A stretch of 64,000 nucleotides of DNA from Flectonema sp. DT1601 (taxonomy: Eukaryota): the NCBI GenBank assembly GCA_964019425.1, contig OZ025788.1, forward strand, positions 620,001 through 684,000. The letters run 5' to 3'. This document shows, one piece after another, positions 12,435-23,367 of the stretch. The notes under the pieces are model-generated. The model had not been told where the DNA came from, made no database searches, and saw nothing but the letters and a program-made list of their open reading frames with translations. Both the position numbers and the translations under genes were made by a program. Positions within the stretch are counted from its first letter, which is position 1; every line of letters begins with the position of its first letter.

Positions 12435-12919
12435 CTGATGAATTAGGATGACATTAAATAGAAGTATTTGTGACATCCTTTTTGTCATCAACACACCGGT
12501 AGGTCCGACTACTGCAGCAGATGACATTTATTTTGAAAAAATAAAAATATTTCTTTCGTTGTATTGCAGTTGTTTGACTGAAGTCTGTCCCCATAGTGTT
12601 TTCTTAGTCAGTTGTTTGTTTACTTCCCTACGAAGTACATTCGAGAATATGAGAAGTCGATTACTTCAAAAAGCCAACAATTCTTTTTCTCTTTTTAACC
12701 TTTTCAGTTCGTCTGTCTGTCTGTCTGTTTGATTTACTTATTTGTTGAACATTCAACCACCCCGAGAATTATCCGAAAAAGATCTGATGAATTACAACTT
12801 ACTAATTTCAGTTACAATTAACAGGCTACTAATGCATGCTAGGGTCTTCAGTTTGATGGATTCTTGAGAAGTTGTTTCTTGAGAAATACTTTCTTCACTC
12901 AGGTACGTCCCCCCAGACG

Positions 12920-14214
12920 ATGTCCTATCCTCAACCTTACTACTCACCACCTTGTTATGGAGGGTACACAACTCCTATCCAAATTGGAGGAAGTAGCTTG
13001 GGATGTGCAACCAGCTATGAACCCGAGGAAAAAGAAGAGCGATACTCAGAAGTGGTGAGTCCGTACCCAACCAACGTGTCAACTCCGTGGATTCGAAACT
13101 TGTCCTTTGCTGATGGCATTGCAGTGGGTAGAGAGGTTATCGCATTTGGAACCTTTTTCAGTCCGACCACCGACGAACAGGCCAAACGCGATCAGCTGCG
13201 TCGAATGCTACAGCAATACGTCTCTATTCACTGCAGTTGTAGTACCGTAAAATTTATTGGTTCCGTTGGTATTGGAGTAGCCCTCCCAACCTCTGCTATC
13301 GATCTCGTAGTTGAAGGCTGGACTGCAACACCTGAAGCAGTAACACATATTGCTTCGCTTCTCCGGGATTCAGGGTATGTGCGAGTCTGTTGTTGTTGTG
13401 TTGGTTGAGTTTTTAGCAACAAGTTAATAAAATAAAAAACAGGCATCAGACAACACAACAGAGTGACAACGAACTGTCAGTGAATGGAGGACGTGTTGTA
13501 TTTGAAGCTGACGCCTCAGCAGAGAGGAAGTTAGTTCATAACTTAAGGAGACGTATGGACCAGTTAGATGGAGCAGTGCGAGCTGTGACACTTGTTGTGA
13601 GAACTATTTTATGTCAAAGTAACTTAGATGGTAGAGAGAAAGGAGGTCTTAGTGGGACAGCGATTGCTTTGATGGTTGCTGCAGCAGCAGCTACTGTGAT
13701 GCCGATATCTCCACCTCCAGCCTGTGTAGTTGCTGGTGAATTACTAACTGAAGTACTAAAAGTGTACTCAAAGTGGGATTGGTCTAATAAAAGCGTTGCA
13801 TTAGTCTCTTACAATGATCACTCTCGCCAACATCAAGATGACCCTGTGTCTGTATGCACACCTTTTTCTGGAGAAGTTAACCTTGCTAGTGGTTGTAAGA
13901 GACACGTTCAAATATCAGCGATGCTTAGTTACGCTCAGTTAGCAACGGCTCAGTGGGAGAAACCCGACGCCTCTGCTACCGAAATCAACTGCCGAGGAGT
14001 GACACCACTCAGTTCAGTTGTTGCTCACAAAGATTTGTGGGACCGAAGTCATTTGATAAGAAGATCGTTTCCAACACATCCGAGTAGCAGTGATTTCGGA
14101 AGCTCTTTTGTTTCCTCGAGTAGCGTTGGTGGTATTGGTGCTTCGATAATGACAAAATCATGTTCTTCAGCATCCTTAACTACTCCATCCTCTGTTAGGA
14201 GAATGCGGGAGTGA
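12920..14214 (+). CDS. Trf4/PAPD5-like non-canonical poly(A) polymerase/TUTase family protein, catalytic Asp altered; exons 12920-13374, 13443-14214
   Basis: FIGSVGIGVALPTSAIDLVV (cf. FGS..GL.LP.SDID); L.GREKGGLSGTAIALMV; GELLTEVLKVYSKWDW. A 68-nt GTATGT..AACAG intron joins the two ORFs in frame. Confidence 0.75.
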
Positions 14215-15702
14215 GTCCTCCATGTTGGTCACATTTCTTAATCCGACTTCGCAGTCAGTCACAACAGAGGAATGGTATGTACCTCACGGCGATACGAAAC
14301 CGACACTGAATGGCTACTCGATGACATCTCCTTCACCTCAGCTACGTAAACATGACAGCCGACAGAGCAGTAGTAGTAATTGTCTGCAGTAACTTGTTTA
14401 ATCTCCAGTAAGTCTTTGAGATGAGTCTCAGAACGTTGATCAGAAAAATAAAATGATCAACTGCTGATTTCTTTATCTTTGAGATCCTAACCTTTTCCTC
14501 TTTCCTTTTACATTATTCGAAAAGCTATTTCTTGTTACGGAGTCTTCCCGACACGTACAGCTTCTAACTCGAAGTAGGTAACGTAGACTTCAGGTACTAA
14601 AAACGAGTATCTTATTCTGAAATGAATTATTTTAACGAACAGGCTAACGAGAACATCAAACCTGTGAATCGATCAAATAGAACTACAGAAAGTCAGTTGA
14701 CTGCCAACGTTCGTATTTTCTGATGGCATTCTAACCTTTTAGAGAAAGATGTCATTGGTATGAATCTCAAACATATTTATGATTAGTTGCTCCGCTTCAA
14801 TTATTACTCTCTCTCCCATTTTTATTATTCCCCTCATGTCCATTCCTCTAACTTTAACGGTCGCTTGTGCCTTGTGTACGTGTCGTGACATGTCTTTGTG
14901 ACGTAGTATTCAATGCTGCTCTCTGAGATTTTGTTGCGTCCGCATGTTGTTTTAAAACATCCCTCTCTAAACCCTCCATTTGGTCAAAAAGTAGCGTTGA
15001 GTGCCCCTTAGGTAACCTTTTTATAAAACTATTGTTGTCTAAGTAACAGACCCAGGTAACGCGCTTACTATTTGATTGAGATAGAGTTATATATGTTTTG
15101 TTTCTTTATTGTTATTGGTTTGTTTTTAACTGGTCGTTGTGCTTCCTGGTGTACTGAGAGATAGCAACCTGCTGTCCTCTCTGTTATGTTGTGTCGTCTT
15201 TGTGATAAAATACTCTTGAGATGTTGCGGTGATGTATTTTATTTTATTTAGTCTAAACTTTCTATCCCTTTTCGCTGTTTGTGTGTTTCAATTCGAATCC
15301 GAAACATGTAATTGTGCGATAGTTTAGTATGCTCCCTATTCTATTCTGACATCAATTGTTTGTCGTGTTAACGTCTCTTCTCATCAATGATAGCTAACTG
15401 ATTGTTATTTGTGTTTTTCTGATTTCTTAAACAAACACGGGTTGATCTGTCTTCTTTAAATCGAACTGTTTAACTAAAGTGCATAACTTATCCACATACT
15501 ATTAGGCTATTGTAAAAAGAGCCGTGCAGAGTAGTTTCTTTTAGGTTTAGCCTGAATGTATCTCGCTCCCCTATAGCAATTCTGAGTTTCCGCCTAGCCG
15601 CTCATTACGAGAGGTAACTCTGTTGTCTGAAAGGTAGAGTTTTCTTTTAAGATGTTAAAACTTTCTAACATATTTCCAATCAGAGAGCACAACAACACAG
15701 TT

Positions 15703-16481
15703 ATGTATCGTGAGCCTGGAGGATGGTACGATGAACCAGTACCGATACTAATGCAGATGTGTACCTGGGTATGTGTTTTATTATTTTATATTTTTATTGC
15801 TTCAAATCACTACAATATTGTTAATAACCACCAATATCAGGCTGGTTTTTTAGTATGCATCGGCTTCATGTCTGTATCACTTGCTTCGGGACTGTATTAT
15901 ATCGCGGAGATGGCTGAAGAGAATTCAGTTATAGCGAGAAAGACGTTAAAGTATTGGATAATATTAGTAATTATAACGAATGTTTTACTTCTACTTTCTG
16001 GATCAATAAATTGGATGCTGAGTGTTGTTTCAATTGTTTCAGAAGTTTGTTACTCGGGATTATTAAAAGACTATCCTTTTACGAAATTATCAGAACCTGC
16101 TGTAACCCTTTCAGGGATTTGCTTTGTGATTGATACGATCTTGTGGTACAATTATTTCACTGATTATGAGACTCCATCTTACTCAGTGCCTCAAATCACT
16201 GGTTTCTTTGCATTATTCGTCTGGCCAGTTCCATTCGGTTTCTTCATTACCCTCTCAGTTGCTGATCAGGGACTACCAGGCCTTGGATCTATCAACAATC
16301 AAGGTGAAGGTTTTGGGGACTTCAAAAGGAGAAGGTATGTGAACTTTATAAGTTTTTTTTTGATAATAAAGTTTAATATATCTTAGCTCTGTATCAATTC
16401 TTTTATTAAAAAAACAGGGGTATCCTCGGAGTATTCGACTTCTTGTTTAAGAAAGAACCAACCTCAACAAAAGGTTACTAA
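15703..16481 (+). CDS. TEX261: TEX261/Svp26 (Erv26) family ER-Golgi cargo adaptor; exons 15703-15768, 15841-16334, 16418-16481
   Basis: LASGLYYIAEMAEENSVIARK and FVWPVPFGFFITLSVADQGLP motifs. Two GTATGT..CAG introns; spliced C-terminus RRRGILGVFDFLFKKEPTSTKGY. Confidence 0.85.
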
Positions 16482-17011
16482 ATTTAGAGGAAAGAAAAAA
16501 GTTACGCAGTTTTGCAGATAGCGGTGATGGGAGTGAGACAGATACGTTAATTTCTATCGTCAGTTCTGAGATTGTTACAGTCAGAACTGAGCTAGCCCAC
16601 TGCATACTATTTATGTTGGCAAACACTACCAGTACCGAACTGGTAGCTGACGATGATGTTTGCTGTTTGTTGTAGGAAGAGCTCTTGATGAAGGTCGTCT
16701 AACTTTAAATATTAACAGTCGGCAGTTTTGTTGAAACAACGCCACCTTAAGAGAGAAGGGGTGCCTTACCACTACCTTGCTCGGCAGGTTTCCTGAAGTA
16801 CCTCGGATCTAACTTCCTTAAACCCATGGCCTGCCCGTTTTCTTAATATTTTTATTGCAAATCTGCGCTTTGAGTTAACATCATGACGGATACGATTTAA
16901 TATTTCTTTCAACAGGTTCTGTGGGATGCTCTGCTCACAGTTAATTGTTAATTACTTAAAAGATAATTCTGGTGACTATTTTTAACACTCATTTCAGAAC
17001 AAAATAAGAAA

Positions 17012-18298
17012 ATGAAGTCAAACGATGACTCGAAGTCTGCGATTTGGGGTACGAAGGACACGCCAGCATCAGAAATCATCGACTTGAGGTCGCTGTACTC
17101 CCCACCAGAGGAGTTGGCAGTACTTTTGGAAGCTCATCCGAACACAAGAGGAGCAAAGATCGACGTCGGTTACGACTACGCGAAGTTTGCGAGAGCAATT
17201 GACAACAACAGGTGGGCGAGACAAGTGAATAAATTCGAACAAACCGAACAGAGCAGAGGACAGGGTGTTCCACTTCAATCATCTACTCCTCCGTCAGGTG
17301 TTCCAAATGCGATGGAAGTTTTACGAAGGGCTAGAGAGAAGAGAAAGATGAAGCAAGAGTCCATGACTCCTGTCGCAGTAACTCAGACAGTTAACAGCGG
17401 CAATACGACACCGACGCCAACATTAGAAGGAGATCAGCCATCAACATCTCCAGAACCTGATGCTCAACAGCGAAAGCGGCCAAAAAACAAAGTTACCCTC
17501 AGTAGTGGATACGACTTTCTAGCTGATGTACCAGTACTAACCGCCCCTCGCACGGATGGATGTTTAACAGTTGTCCAGCCGTCAATGATGCTTAACACTG
17601 GTTCTTCTGGTGCGAGATTGGGTTTTCATAATTGGAACCCTCCGCGAGTTTTATTTTCCCTCGTTGAAGACAGCGACTCTGACGAAGTTCAGGTTGACGA
17701 GAATCTTCAATATGCTGTGTCGCCAGTTAAGGCATCGACAGATGCCCTTCAGAAATATTATCAACTCATCTCAACTCCTGATTCTGTTTATAAAACAACT
17801 AACTCACCATTTGTTGATGAGAGTATTCATCAGTGTAAACATATTTTAATTGTCGGGCTGAATGTTGATTCCCCGCAGGTATTTAAAGAACTTGAAATTA
17901 TTGAACAAAAGAGAACGTTCGTACCTGACCATGTTGGGATTGTTATCGTCAGCGGAGTTCTCGATTGCAGGAATTGGATGGCTCCGCAGTTTATCGCGAA
18001 ACATCACTCGCTTGGTCATATTAAATTTGAACGTCCTCGTGATTTCGGTGGGAAGGCTGCTGTCGACAACAAAGTTCATCTGCTCGTCTTTCGCTTTCAC
18101 AAAAAGTTACCTGACGACGTTGGGATAACAATTCTCGGTTGTGCTGCAGAACCGTTTGCGGAACTCGGTGCTCAGATGGCTCAAAACGGAAGATCGTTAC
18201 TTGTGAAAGAATATCCTCCAGACTTAGGAAGAGAATTCTTTCATCAATTACACAGCAGACTTGTCAATAAATCCAAAAGACTTTATCAGGCTCAGTAA
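17012..18298 (+). CDS. Hypothetical protein with possible degenerate C-terminal PIN/NYN-like domain
   Basis: 428-aa ORF with low-complexity middle. C-terminal ILIVGLNV...GGKAAVDNKV...ITILG...FAEL resembles the PIN/NYN pattern but lacks several acidic residues. Confidence 0.6.
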   Translation: MKSNDDSKSAIWGTKDTPASEIIDLRSLYSPPEELAVLLEAHPNTRGAKIDVGYDYAKFARAIDNNRWARQVNKFEQTEQSRGQGVPLQSSTPPSGVPNAMEVLRRAREKRKMKQESMTPVAVTQTVNSGNTTPTPTLEGDQPSTSPEPDAQQRKRPKNKVTLSSGYDFLADVPVLTAPRTDGCLTVVQPSMMLNTGSSGARLGFHNWNPPRVLFSLVEDSDSDEVQVDENLQYAVSPVKASTDALQKYYQLISTPDSVYKTTNSPFVDESIHQCKHILIVGLNVDSPQVFKELEIIEQKRTFVPDHVGIVIVSGVLDCRNWMAPQFIAKHHSLGHIKFERPRDFGGKAAVDNKVHLLVFRFHKKLPDDVGITILGCAAEPFAELGAQMAQNGRSLLVKEYPPDLGREFFHQLHSRLVNKSKRLYQAQ

Positions 18299-18559
18299 GA
18301 AAACCCTTTTAGTGTCACATCACGGTGGAAATTTCGACTAAATTCAATTTGATTACAGCAACTGCTATAATTCGTACCAGAGCCCCAAAACAGTAAATAA
18401 GATGTCACTAAAGTGTTTATGTCTATTGTAAGGTAAAACTAAAATCCTTGACGCTCTAGACTGGCAGTTCATCTGCTGTGGTTTTGTAAAGACGTTTCTT
18501 TCAGTTTCTGCTCTTCTTGTTATTTAAATACAGTACATTCTACCAATAGAAACATCAAA

Positions 18560-20737
18560 ATGAGTATTTTGGCGATCAGCACGGCTCTGGTCGCGGCCAC
18601 TACTTTAGTAAGAACAGACCATGGTGTAAGAGTACCAATTCCTAATGGGTATATGGAAGTCGCTGTTACAAACGCTGGGTTCAGAGTTGGTGTATCTGAT
18701 GGAGTAAACACTGAAGCATGTGAAAGCACAATGTTAGAACCGAACATGACTTACCCGGACTTCAAAGTTGTGAATCAATCTGTTGTCAGTGATCAGGGAA
18801 CGATGTTTTTTTCAGGAAACGAGTTCTCGCTTGTGGACGAGTTGGGATCGATCGTAAAGGGAACGGCGAACATCTACTCCGACCACATTGACATCGCACT
18901 CAGTAACGACCCCAGCAATGAATACTTTGGATCTGGTAGCGGTACTGATGATGGTTCGATGTTGTCTACAACACAGTCGTACACGTTCGTTTGGAATGAG
19001 AAAGTGTACGTACCTCACTACTGGAGCAATGCCGGTTACTCTGCACTTGGAGTTGTTCCTGAGAACGCAATTCCAAATGGCAACTCCTACCCGATCCAGT
19101 GGAACGCACAGTCTTCAACAACCTGGACCTTCAGCTCCACGCAGAAGGCGGATATGTACCTGATGCCTGCTAGTACAATGGATGAAGGTATGAAGCAATA
19201 CTGGACTTTAACTGGACCTCCTGTTGTGATACCTCGTTACGCATTTGGATACCTCGCATGTAGATGGGGGTGGCAGGACAGACAGTACATCGAAACCACT
19301 TTGAATACATTCAGAAGTGGAGATTGGCCAATTGACGCCTGGATTTCTGACTTTGGTTGGTTTACGGATGTCAACGACTACAAATTCCCACCTACTGGAG
19401 AGCCAACGTACAATGACTTTGGATACAACAACGCGACCTTTCCGCAACCTGTCCAACAGCTAAAGTCGTACCACGACAACCTTCACATGAGATTCGGTGG
19501 AATCAGAAAGCCAAGACTTGGAAACACTGCACTCTTGCAAATGGCGAACTCAAAGGGATGGATTAACAGCGAGGGTACGTCCGGTATCAACCTCCGTAAC
19601 TTGAACTTCAGCATACCAGCAGTCAGAAGTTGGTATTCAAAAATGAATGCTCACTACCTTCCTGATGGAGTTGACTTTTGGTGGAATGACGAAGCCGAGT
19701 ACCAGTACTTTGCTTTCTACAACTGGAACTCAGCTCAGGTAGGAGAGTTGTCAGCCTACGACAGCAAGAGAAGATTCTTTTCCTTAAACAGAGCATTCAC
19801 TCCTGGTATGCAGAGATTGGGGGCCTCGGCCTGGACTGGAGACCAGCCATCTACTTGGGATAATCTCCGTCTTCACCCTGGATACCTCCTCAAGTGGCAG
19901 ATGGCTGGTATTGGATACGTGGCTTGTGACACGGGAGGTTTCTCTGGATCTTCCGACACAGAACTGTTGGTCCGTTGGTATCAGGTCAGCGCATTCATGT
20001 CGCTGATGAGAGTTCACTCCACCAAAGATGTTACTCCGCACTTTCCATTCTTGTACGGACCACAAGCAGCGGCAGCCTTCAAGTTCACAATGAACTTGAG
20101 ATACAAATTCATTCCAATGTTCTACAGTTTAGCTCACAAGCAACACGATGAGAAGATTCCTATTTTCAGAGCTCTGATGGCTCAGTGGCCGAATGACCCA
20201 GCAGTAGGCGCAAACTTCCCTTGGCAGTGGTTAGTTGGATCTCACTTGATGATTGCTCCTATTTTACAACAGAGTGGTTGGGGTAAGGTTCACATGCCAA
20301 AGTTGTCAACTGGAGTTTGGTTTGAATTTAACACCACGACAGTGATCACTGTTGACATTGTTAACCTCCCAACTGGAACATCATGGGAAGTAATCCCAAT
20401 GTACGCCAGATCTGGTGCTATTATTCCACTCGCTCCAGTAGTGCAGTACACTGACTTGTTACCTGGAGGTCCTCTTGAGGTTCAGGTCTACGCTGGTGAC
20501 CATGGAAATTTCACATTCGTTGAGGATGATGGAGAAACACACGACTACCTGGAGGGTGTTAAAAAGACAACGCAGTTCAATTGGAACGACGTCACCAGAA
20601 AGCTTTCATGGAATTCAGAGGGAAGCTATTCTGGAAAGCACATGTTCACTCAAATTAAGATGACTCTCTTTTCTGGAGAAGGTAGGAAGGAAACATCTGT
20701 TGTTCCTTTCAGTGCTACAGGATCCCTTTCAGCATAG
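18560..20737 (+). CDS. Secreted GH31 glycoside hydrolase (alpha-glucosidase/xylosidase-like)
   Basis: Signal peptide; LTGPPVVIPRYAFGYLACRWG, nucleophile region WWNDEAE, WTGD, DTGGF, ELLVRWYQ, MRVH, IPMYARSGAIIP, EDDGET. Confidence 0.92.
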   Translation: MSILAISTALVAATTLVRTDHGVRVPIPNGYMEVAVTNAGFRVGVSDGVNTEACESTMLEPNMTYPDFKVVNQSVVSDQGTMFFSGNEFSLVDELGSIVKGTANIYSDHIDIALSNDPSNEYFGSGSGTDDGSMLSTTQSYTFVWNEKVYVPHYWSNAGYSALGVVPENAIPNGNSYPIQWNAQSSTTWTFSSTQKADMYLMPASTMDEGMKQYWTLTGPPVVIPRYAFGYLACRWGWQDRQYIETTLNTFRSGDWPIDAWISDFGWFTDVNDYKFPPTGEPTYNDFGYNNATFPQPVQQLKSYHDNLHMRFGGIRKPRLGNTALLQMANSKGWINSEGTSGINLRNLNFSIPAVRSWYSKMNAHYLPDGVDFWWNDEAEYQYFAFYNWNSAQVGELSAYDSKRRFFSLNRAFTPGMQRLGASAWTGDQPSTWDNLRLHPGYLLKWQMAGIGYVACDTGGFSGSSDTELLVRWYQVSAFMSLMRVHSTKDVTPHFPFLYGPQAAAAFKFTMNLRYKFIPMFYSLAHKQHDEKIPIFRALMAQWPNDPAVGANFPWQWLVGSHLMIAPILQQSGWGKVHMPKLSTGVWFEFNTTTVITVDIVNLPTGTSWEVIPMYARSGAIIPLAPVVQYTDLLPGGPLEVQVYAGDHGNFTFVEDDGETHDYLEGVKKTTQFNWNDVTRKLSWNSEGSYSGKHMFTQIKMTLFSGEGRKETSVVPFSATGSLSA

Positions 20738-21765
20738 TAGTTAAGATCTAGGGTTTAATTATTTCTTAAGCACGCTCGAAGTGCAAGAAAATTGAATGAC
20801 AGGTTGGGTAATACTATATCCTAACGTTATATTATTTTATTTTTAATTCTCTCTTTTTTTTTTTTTTTTGCGTTTTCCCTCCCCCACACGCCCATTTTTT
20901 TATTTATCACCCCCCCCTTTTTTTATTTTGGAGATAAAATGTCGTAGCTCTTCGCAACTCTTCTGCAAGAAAATCTTATGAAATCTCTACAGAGGTTTAA
21001 TTTTATAGCAAGCGATTAACATACGTCTTCTTGAAAATTAGGTCTACGAAGCAAGTTTAGTTTGCAATAAAATGATGGTTGACTAACATAAGTGTCTTAA
21101 GACTTCTCATATCCAGTCATTCCGTTCGTATCTTTCTTCTCTGAAAAAAAGAAAGAAATAAAAAATAACGACATTCGAATTGCATTTTTTGTTTTTACTT
21201 GTCCGGCAGCGTAAACACACTCGTCAAGGTTGTTGACAAAGCAACACGTGTTGGGTTTCATCTTTGTGGCATATCTTGTCTGAAAGTAACATGTTTGCAT
21301 TTCATATCTTAATGATAAGGGTCCCATCTCGTGTGCAGTCATCCCTGCGGGCAGTTTCTTTTGTTATTTGTGGTGTCATTGTGTCCAAAAGCTGGTAGAA
21401 AAGTGTAATCTACTGCGCAGCTGTGTGTGTGTTGTTGTTTTTAATTTTATTTTTTCAATCCCAGCCTCCTACTAGTCTTATGGCTCGATGGCGATCCTTC
21501 ACCCCATCCGTGGCGCTGTGTTGACTTTTTTTATTTTAATCGCTCGTGGTTTTGACGTGGCTGCAAAAGACAACTTTGCACCGCCCGTGTCCCCCGATGT
21601 GGATAATAAGATGCCCCCCCTCTCTGATAATGAAACGAGCTTTTCTTTGAAAGTGTTAAAACTCACATTCCTGTCAGATTACGTGACAGTTATGTAACGA
21701 GTTAAAGTAAGTAATTCATTGGAGTAGTCTCTTTTAAATATCACATTCCAGAATAATACAATAAG

Positions 21766-23046
21766 ATGTCAGAAGAACCGTCATGGAATAGCTGCTATCC
21801 GGAAAAGTATGATCAGCTTTTAGAGGAAGCAGTTGTTGGAGTGAAGAGAAGATTTGCAGCTTTTTGGGATGTCAGTATGCCACTCGATGTATACTCCTCA
21901 GATCCTGTTGAGTTTAGATTGAGATGTAAATTTCTAGTTGCAGGAAATGAAGAGTTTGACGATGACAGCAGTGATGATGAATCCGAAATCGAACAAACTC
22001 CTTCCAACCAACTCCGTCACGGTGGGTGGCACGAACAAGCGATCTATCCAATTGACACTTACCCAATTGCTTCTTCAATTATTCAAACAGCAATGTCTGA
22101 TGTGGCTGCTTACATAAACACTAACAGATCACTTCGTATCAGACTCAGAGGTGTTCAATATCTATCAACAATGTCAGGAGATATTTTAATAACTTTAGTT
22201 TACGAAAAACGAAAGTTGGGATCAGTTTGGGTGAAGAACGCGGAACAGATGAATAAAGCCCTGGGGTATGACTTCATAGCATCGACTAAAAATGTAAATC
22301 GTTTGATCGGAGAAAGGCAACGTGACTTTGTATCAGAAACTCTGAAAGGTCCGAAAGGAACTCCACTTCACTACCGACAAGTGGCGGGTAATTTTAGTAA
22401 TCCAAATGGGAAGATGGCTGAAAAAACACTTCAGTGGTTGGACAAGTGCGCTCAAGAGGTAGACGGACCGAACACTGACCTGCTTGAACTCTATTGCGGA
22501 GGTGGCAATCACACCATCGCAATGTCGCAGTGTTATCGTCGAGTCCTTGGTGTTGAAATAAATCGAAAATTAGTAGCCGTAGCGCATCGCAATTTAGCGA
22601 TAAATGGCGCGACAAACGCCTTTGTTTTGCGAGCCCCGTCTCAGGACTTTTGTGGTTCAATGTTGAGACATGAACGGTGGCTTTTAAATATAAAAAAGTA
22701 CATCAGTAACTCCGCCCCCAGTGAGGGTGACGTCGAAGGTATTTCAGAATTCAACAAACAGCAATTTGATGAGCTCTCACCTGAAGAACAAGACGAGGGA
22801 ACAGCAGTCTTTGACTTCGGTGCTGTCATTGTTGACCCTCCAAGGGCAGGCCTCGATGAAATAACCTGCAAGTTAATATCACGTTATAAAATAATTAGTT
22901 ACATCTCTTGTAATCCTGAAGCTCTTCTTCGAGACCTCAGTCGATTGTCTGACACACACGAAGTTACTCGAATGGCTGTTTTTGATCACTTTCCTTATTC
23001 TGGTCATCTTGAGTGCGGTGCTTTCCTTGTAAAGAAATCCTCTTAG
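21766..23046 (+). CDS. trmA: tRNA (uracil-5-)-methyltransferase, TrmA-like
   Basis: FRLRCKF, YRQVAGNFSNPN, DLLELYCGGGN, VDPPRAGLD, YISCNP (catalytic Cys), FDHFPYSGHLECG. Confidence 0.88.
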   Translation: MSEEPSWNSCYPEKYDQLLEEAVVGVKRRFAAFWDVSMPLDVYSSDPVEFRLRCKFLVAGNEEFDDDSSDDESEIEQTPSNQLRHGGWHEQAIYPIDTYPIASSIIQTAMSDVAAYINTNRSLRIRLRGVQYLSTMSGDILITLVYEKRKLGSVWVKNAEQMNKALGYDFIASTKNVNRLIGERQRDFVSETLKGPKGTPLHYRQVAGNFSNPNGKMAEKTLQWLDKCAQEVDGPNTDLLELYCGGGNHTIAMSQCYRRVLGVEINRKLVAVAHRNLAINGATNAFVLRAPSQDFCGSMLRHERWLLNIKKYISNSAPSEGDVEGISEFNKQQFDELSPEEQDEGTAVFDFGAVIVDPPRAGLDEITCKLISRYKIISYISCNPEALLRDLSRLSDTHEVTRMAVFDHFPYSGHLECGAFLVKKSS

Positions 23047-23367
23047 TGATCTCATTCAGTACTAAAGATTAGCTTACAAGGTGTTGCTGCTCATAGCACT
23101 CATTCCCTGCTAACCTCATATCGATGGCCTCAGGATTCGTTTCGTAGTTATCATTTCCTTTGAGATCACGCACTGCTTTGTTGCCAGCAAAAGATTGTTT
23201 GGCGCAATAATTTCACATTTCGGCAACCTGCGCTTTGATTTTCTTTTGATAAATTATAAATACAATCAGGAAACAATAAATATGATCAGATGCCGTTGCT
23301 GTAGTATTTCGATCTCTTGTCTTTTAATTAATTAAAAGATATCTTTTTGATCAGCTCACATGAAAAT

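Noticed and set aside
14211..14400. GTGAGT donor overlapping the NTase stop codon, hinting at a further exon
   Set aside because: Differs from the GTATG donor consensus here and no convincing downstream exon could be established.
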